Source: Antedon mediterranea (taxonomy: Eukaryota; Animalia; Echinodermata). From it: a stretch of 64,000 nucleotides of DNA. The stretch lies in contig NC_092674.1 of assembly GCF_964355755.1 (NCBI RefSeq), positions 1,612,001 through 1,676,000 on the forward strand, given 5' to 3'. This document shows positions 59,601 through 64,000 of the stretch, piece after piece; position 1 is the first letter of the stretch, and every line of letters begins with the position of its first letter. The notes below the pieces were generated by a model. It ran no database searches and was not told where the DNA came from. It saw only the letters and a list, made by a program, of their open reading frames with translations. The translations under genes and the position numbers were made by a program.

Positions 59601-61994
59601 CTGGATAAACCGACAATATAGCCTCTCTCTCCGAAGAGAGGATACAATTTACGAAAAAGAAAAATCCGTATATATAAAATAGCACCCCTATCGGATAATG
59701 CACGCATCCGTAAACCACGCCCTCCAGAGGGAGCCATCCAACGTAGTAGCGTCATTTCTTTTCGTACTTTAAGCTGTATAAATTGTTTGTATTTTGAGAA
59801 GCTCAAAAACCAATATACAGTATCACCCCATGCGCCCATGCAAGTACAGTATATTTGTCTTTACCAGCTGAAACAGATGTTAGTAATAAACTTTGATTGT
59901 TTTTAAATTAAATTTACAAAGTTTCATTAAAATCTAATCTATCACTATTCACTCAGAGGGATAGGGTTTGTTATCATATTTCATTTTATTACCCTCTGGA
60001 GTCAATAGGGCACATTTGAAATTATAAACTTCTTCGTTGTACACCATATGTCCTGGATGAAACTATAACACAGTGGGTAGGAAATGTTACAATACTTTCA
60101 TGACACCTTGGAGATATTTACTTAGCAGTTATTGATAAAATTATTAACTTACAGTACTGTATACTAAAAATTAAAATATTAATGGATAATGTCAAAGATT
60201 ATTCGTTTGTTTTATTTGTTTACTACTTTTTCTGAAGACACATTGCCGTCTTTGACGGATACTTAGTATCAGTTGACTTCACTGATGCCATGGTGTACAG
60301 TACTCTAGATCTACGTTTATACCATGCTATACACTTTTATTTATTTATTTATATAACATTTAGAAGAACAACTACAGTATGTTACTTATTAAAACCAATC
60401 TTTAAGTCGGGGTACTAGTACAGTATTGGTAGTTCAAAATTAAGAGATTGCTAAACCCCGCGCAAACCCCCGCAAACCTCCAAAAAAACATAGCAAACCC
60501 CACCGAACCAACATAAAAGTGATTGAATCATGTAGTGTACAACCCACTGGGTAATCCATGTAAAAAAAACATTACATTTTTACTGTTAACTACTTATTTT
60601 TGGGGTAAAACATCATTTTTTGGTCAAAAATGATTGCTACAGTATATTTTTAACCAGAAAAATGATGTTTTATCCCCAAAAAAGTAGTTTTAACAGTAGA
60701 AATTTAATAATTTATATACCCAGTGGGTCGTACACTACATTATTCAATCACTTTTATGTTGGTTCGGTGGGATTTGCTATGGTTTTTTGGAGGTTTGCGG
60801 GGTTTGCGGTGTTTAGCAATACCCAAATTAAGCTGGTCTCAATAGTGGTACAACTACAATATAAAGTAAAGTAAGAAGAAGGTTTTTGAATGGAGACTCC
60901 CTACTAGTGTAACTCCTTATGTAAAATGCATTCTAAGAAAGACAATCCAATTAATGCAACTGACTTATAAAAAAAAGGTTAAAATTCATAACACAGGTCA
61001 ATCTTTGGGGAGGTCAGGTACTTTGGGGAGGCCAGCATCTACTAACACTTTCAATGAGCTGTGCTATTAAAAGGAAACAATGATACACCTGTATCAAGGT
61101 AATAAACCAGATCAAAGAGAATCCTGCTGAACTTGGGTAAAAATGAAGTTAAGACGGCCGGGCGGCCCTGTTACATATCACAAAGAAACTATCTATCAGT
61201 TTTATTACCAAGCTTATCATAAATTTATCTTTTAAAATAAAGCTTACGACGAGGGATTACCAGCGATTCTTTTCAGAGTTAACAAATCAATACTAGTATT
61301 TGTAACGGGACCTACTTCCTTTAAATAACCATTTCTATAGAGATTGAAGTACATAGATAAAAATCATTCACAAAACAAAACGTTTCTTGTTGCATTTTTA
61401 TGAATTGTTTTGTTCTCTGAAAAGAAATATAGTGCATGATGAATTTGTGAAAGACTTTTTCAAAGGACTTTATATACTGACTAATCCTTTCGTGGTTTGA
61501 TTGTATTGAACTTCCATCGCCTATAGCGTACATACCCATTATCAAGAGGGTTGGCGTGACTTCCCTTAATTTATACTTTAATTTAGAAACCAGAATCAGT
61601 GAAACAGTGATATGCATCAGTTAAACCAAATGTCGGGGGTCATAATACAGTACTTGTTACTTCTTTGAAAAGACTTTAGGAATTGAGTGGGATGGATGCC
61701 TACAGCAATTTACAGACATTGAGAAATTACTACTACTAAATTTTTACCCATGAAATTTTGACTCAATTAATTTAGTTGTTAAAAGTCAACTAGGATATCC
61801 CATCTGTTTGTAATTGAATGGGTAACTCGTCCTGAAACAAATTTTGAATAGTTACAATTTAGTTTGATAATTTTTCATTATATTATACAGTACTATAAAA
61901 ACCTATAACAGTAAATTTTACATGTACTACTTACAGAAGAGCAGTTAACGTCATCAGCACAATCTTCTATGGCTTGAAGTGTACTCGACTTCCA
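29533..61994 (-). CDS. ANOS1: Anosmin-1 (Kallmann syndrome protein) orthologue, 5'-incomplete, 13 exons / ~641 aa in window
   Basis: Domain order Cys-rich box, WAP, four FN3. The GT-AG exons join in frame: 61935-61994, 47150-47209, 46158-46377, 44755-44945, 44477-44603, 43445-43650, 41617-41764, 41292-41438, 39911-40008, 37142-37313, 36513-36733, 36228-36378, 29533-29657. Confidence 0.9.
30000..32437. mobile_element. IS3EU-like non-autonomous unit 1
   Basis: TIRs of ~370 bp (30000-30366, ~32059-32437) containing ~20-bp TTGGCGTAAGGACAAAAA repeats. Internal arrays of ~190 bp (x4) and 106 bp (x5). No transposase. Confidence 0.82.
32709..36084. mobile_element. IS3EU-like non-autonomous unit 2 (same orientation as unit 1)
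   Basis: Same TIRs and internal arrays (x3 and x3), interrupted by an insertion at 34307-35755. Confidence 0.82.
34307..35755. mobile_element. Non-autonomous MULE-type element nested in IS3EU-like unit 2
   Basis: TIRs GCGATTTTTTTTTCCGTACGAGAGTTCCTCC... / ...GGAGGAACTCTCGTACGGAAAAAAAAATCGC, with 9-bp TSD TGGCAGGAC (34298-34306, 35756-35764). The empty site is visible in unit 1 (~32057-32065). Confidence 0.88.
36228..36378 (-). CDS. ANOS1: Anosmin-1 exon (FN3-4, second half)
   Basis: DQHWFRLDNMLSGVQYVIKVQSLCEIGGG; phase 0-1. Confidence 0.86.
36513..36733 (-). CDS. ANOS1: Anosmin-1 exon (FN3-4, first half)
   Basis: PDVPSNPMEL...IDWKVP...VTGYQVTWGQ...KTLPR; phase 1-0. Confidence 0.88.
36843..37130. 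repeat. Compound microsatellite (AATC)n/GAGAGAA
   Basis: Repeating ATCAATCAATCGAGAGAGAA units in an anosmin intron. Confidence 0.92.
37142..37313 (-). CDS. ANOS1: Anosmin-1 exon (FN3-3, second half)
   Basis: DLEFMLYGLMFDCQYKVTI...FFYTPLC...KPTCP; phase 0-1. Confidence 0.88.
38153..38778. mobile_element. Non-autonomous TTAA-TSD DNA transposon (Kolobok-like)
   Basis: TTAA|AGCCCCATTCCCT ... AGGGAAGGGGTCT|TTAA. Confidence 0.7.
39135..39296. mobile_element. CTACACTATCAAACT-family MITE
   Basis: TIRs CTCTATCTACACTATCAAACT / AGTTTGATAGTGTAAACAGAG with TTAA-like flanks. Confidence 0.75.
39911..40008 (-). CDS. ANOS1: Anosmin-1 exon (FN3-3)
   Basis: DDVNRYMLYWEPTLC...NATTH|gtaagt; phase 1-0. Confidence 0.85.
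40099..41036. mobile_element. Long-hairpin non-autonomous element (possibly Crypton-like)
   Basis: Near-perfect 145-bp palindrome at 40119-40263 at one end and a CCAATCA...TTTATATAGG.TAT terminus at the other. No TIR or TSD found. Confidence 0.5.
41292..41438 (-). CDS. ANOS1: Anosmin-1 exon (linker/FN3-3 start)
   Basis: ...VNVDPPFWSNNTLSTKIEWRKPL; phase 1-1. Confidence 0.85.
41617..41764 (-). CDS. ANOS1: Anosmin-1 exon (FN3-2, second half)
   Basis: NQHSFAIEGLFPNTKYFVEVSTLAQWGSTRLNSE; phase 0-1. Confidence 0.88.
41850..42492. repeat. GC-rich minisatellite (CAACAACA(AG)CCCCTGGG)n
   Basis: About 38 units of 16/18 bp, lying in an anosmin intron. Confidence 0.95.
43445..43650 (-). CDS. ANOS1: Anosmin-1 exon (FN3-2, first half)
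   Basis: DPDPPNMPQNLRV...IYWDPPKESDLEVLRYRVFWS; phase 1-0. Confidence 0.9.
44477..44603 (-). CDS. ANOS1: Anosmin-1 exon (FN3-1, second half)
   Basis: TLEPHYKLKASRGVFYEFQIASVNHNGTLGFSRPTEPFRLSK; phase 0-1. Confidence 0.9.
44755..44945 (-). CDS. ANOS1: Anosmin-1 exon (FN3-1, first half)
   Basis: IPSKPR...LLAWS...IYFVIEGRNNTGHHPS...W; phase 1-0. Confidence 0.88.
45045..45361. repeat. Local direct duplication of ~130 bp
   Basis: AATATAATTAACTTTGTACAATTTCTA...TTATTGGTGTTTATTGATTACGAAGAGAATGTATTTTGT occurs twice (ending 45171 and 45361). Confidence 0.8.
46158..46377 (-). CDS. ANOS1: Anosmin-1 WAP-domain exon
   Basis: CLETCEFLK...KLGVCP...GFEKACLPTCSNDSDCDGRKKCCFNGCGRTCQEP, a WAP four-disulfide core. 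Confidence 0.93.
46505..46822. mobile_element. Long-hairpin non-autonomous element (possibly Crypton-like)
   Basis: ~160-bp palindrome at 46513-46672 centred on CGAGGCAAAGCCGAG. Terminus CCAATCAAAT...TTTATATAGGTGTTATATAA. Confidence 0.55.
47150..47209 (-). CDS. ANOS1: Anosmin-1 exon (Cys-rich region)
   Basis: ttgtag|CLLPCMIEYKNQASCRFKCI|gtaagt. Confidence 0.82.
48540..48833 (-). mobile_element. tRNA-derived SINE with a Deu/Nin-like core and a 59-bp internal tandem duplication
   Basis: Minus strand shows A-box TAGCCGAGTGG, B-box GGTTCAATTCC, core CCCAGTCCACTCAGCTGTAAAAATGAGTACC and an (ACCTTT) tail. 48567-48625 is identical to 48626-48684. Confidence 0.78.
50191..50300. mobile_element. 110-bp MITE with 4-bp TSD TGGA
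   Basis: TGGA|CAGTCGGGAGAAAAATGGCAAAA ... TTTTGCCATTTTCCCCGAACTG|TGGA. Confidence 0.65.
60445..60824. mobile_element. Foldback/MULE-type MITE, almost fully palindromic, 8-bp TSD
   Basis: Long inverted arms (ATTGCTAAAC..CGCAAACC...CCCACTGGG / CCCAGTGGG...GGTTTGCG..GTTTAGCAAT), with AAATTAAG at 60437-60444 and 60825-60832. Confidence 0.8.
61935..61994 (-). CDS. ANOS1: Anosmin-1 exon (Cys-rich region)
   Basis: ctttag|WKSSTLQAIEDCADDVNCSS|gtaagt, phase 0-0; continues into CLLPC of the next exon. Confidence 0.75.
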
Positions 61995-63944
61995 CTAAAG
62001 GAAACATAACAAAAACAAATGATTAGTACTGTGTATACTGTAATACATGAAGAATACAGCACATTTAAACCATCATACTGACTATGAAATACTACTATTT
62101 ATCTACTGTACTACCGTACTGCATGTATTGGACGATTATATGTACGATTTATTAGATTAAGTTTTTTTTTTGCCATGGATATATTATGTCATCATTGTAT
62201 TCCTCAATTCCTATATGATGATTATTGTTTTTTGAATAAATAGAATTTTGTTTGGAGTTGGTTCACTGTTTATGTCACCAACATCGAAAACTTTACCCCA
62301 TACAAAAAATAAAATATTTAAAAAACTTCGAACATTATCACAAAACATTAAAAAAAATTTCCAGGAAAACCCTGAACTTCTTCATAGACCAAACAAAGAG
62401 ATTTATAACTTCTTCATAGACCAAACAATGAGATTTATAAAATATTTATTAATGGAACAGTTAAAAAGTATTTTGTAAAAAAAATTAAATATAATTTATT
62501 TCACACACAAAAGACATTAAATTTATTTTTTCTCTCTATCACGTTGAAGCAGAATAAGCAATCTATTATCACGTCAACAGCCTGAGCTTGTCGAATATTT
62601 AAAAAGTTGAAAGGGTCAAGCAAGGATATAAGCAATCTGTCACTTATCAATTATGAATTTCATAACAATTTTGAAGGTTATTAATTGAACAAATAACAAT
62701 TTTGAAAATGGAAAAAAAAAACCGGATTATAGTGTAGTAAAATCAGTAACAGTTATGCACAATACATTGTTTATTGTAAATTCGGAAATAAAATTAAACA
62801 AATATTTTATTTTATCTACAGTAAAATCATCTTGATTGTTTCGTGATGATACTGATAACTCAAGTATAGTATCAGATGTTGGATAAAACAAAACTAGAAA
62901 TTCAAACAATATTCAAGTTTTCAAAATCTAGAAAAGTGAGATCAGAACACACCCTTTAAGGACTAAGGATAGGACCATTTCTGATTTTAAAACTTTTCTT
63001 ATTATTTTAATTTTTAAACTTTACAATTAAACAATCATAGTCAGTCTATTTAAACTCACTATCATCAATACCATTGTAGTATTTACAGGGTATTTTGATT
63101 TTCAACTTTTTAATTGTTTGCTACACAATATAGAAATTGATCAGCAATTTTACTGCAAATTCGTTATGTTCTCTGCCTGATAAACAAAATCTAATATAGT
63201 TTATATTTTATTCAGCATTGTTGAAATATGTAGCCATCTGCTGTTCATTCCTTTACTACAATGTGGTTTGGGATTAATGCTAGCATAGAGACAACCTAAA
63301 AGCTTTTCCACAAATTGACAAGTATCGCCTAAATCCTTCTGGAATTGCAATGACTTCAATAAAAGAGTTGGTTGGAGACCGACGGGGCTCAAATGAGCCA
63401 AGAAACTTATTCGGCTTTGTGTCGCCAGAACACATTCATTAAAAATGAGTGGGGTATACAACATAATAGTTGTCTTTACATCGCGCTGGGATGCGCTTTG
63501 TTGCTCTAGAAATCCGTAGGATTTTAAAATTAGAATAGAATTTAAATGCATTTTTTTTACATTTTTAAAATACATAATTTAAGTGCATTCAACAGTTATA
63601 ATAAACTGCAAAGGTACTTACTGTAATGTGTATTCAATGCTGATAGTAATAAACTGCAAAGGTACTTAATATGTATTCAATGCTGATACTACAGACATTT
63701 TAATATTCCTAGTGAAATAGTTTTCGTCACCAAAATGTTGACCTAACTTACAGTATAAGACTGTTATCATTTTAATCGCATGCTCAAACATGTCATATCA
63801 ATTCATTGTCAACTGTACATGCTTGGTCATACAGTAGCCACCAGGATGGTTGGTAAAGGTTTCAACCTGACCACTTTTTGGCAAAGGCCTTGATGACCCT
63901 ATGGCCTGTACAGGGGATTGCTCCCTACTTGTTGCTACAACTTT

Positions 63945-64000
63945 AATGTGCCCAAATATCACACTTCTTTGTCAAAATAGTTTGATAGTGTAGACAGAGC
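63945..64000. mobile_element. Right half of a CTACACTATCAAACT-family MITE
   Basis: Ends AGTTTGATAGTGTAGACAGAGC at the window edge. Confidence 0.65.

Noticed and set aside
59595-59606. CTTACCTGG resembling the U1 snRNA 5' end
   Set aside because: Downstream sequence does not match U1 stem-loops; it is simply the complement of a splice-donor motif.

Overview
AT-rich, repeat-dense genomic DNA from a multicellular animal. GT-AG spliced genes, an anosmin-1 orthologue and the SINE/MITE types suggest a marine invertebrate, probably an echinoderm (inference). Three main components. (1) An ~18-kb Mutator-like (MULE) DNA transposon (1049-19015) with tandem-repeat TIRs and an 8-bp TSD. Its gene splices in frame through 10 coding exons into one ~1860-aa protein: PHD finger + vertnin-like OTU cysteine protease + tandemly amplified phase-1 linker exons + intact DDE transposase. 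(2) A divergent TMEM45/DUF716-like gene with a single coding exon (21667-22608). (3) A minus-strand anosmin-1 (KAL1) gene (13 coding exons in the window, 29533-61994; 5' end outside the window) ending in a GPI-signal-like tail, with two candidate alternative exons. Its last intron holds a nested insertion series: a TTAA-type MITE, interrupted by a composite transposon of two IS3EU-like units sharing one 6-bp TSD, the second of which carries a 9-bp-TSD MULE-type MITE. All calls are by manual inspection; no database searches were run.
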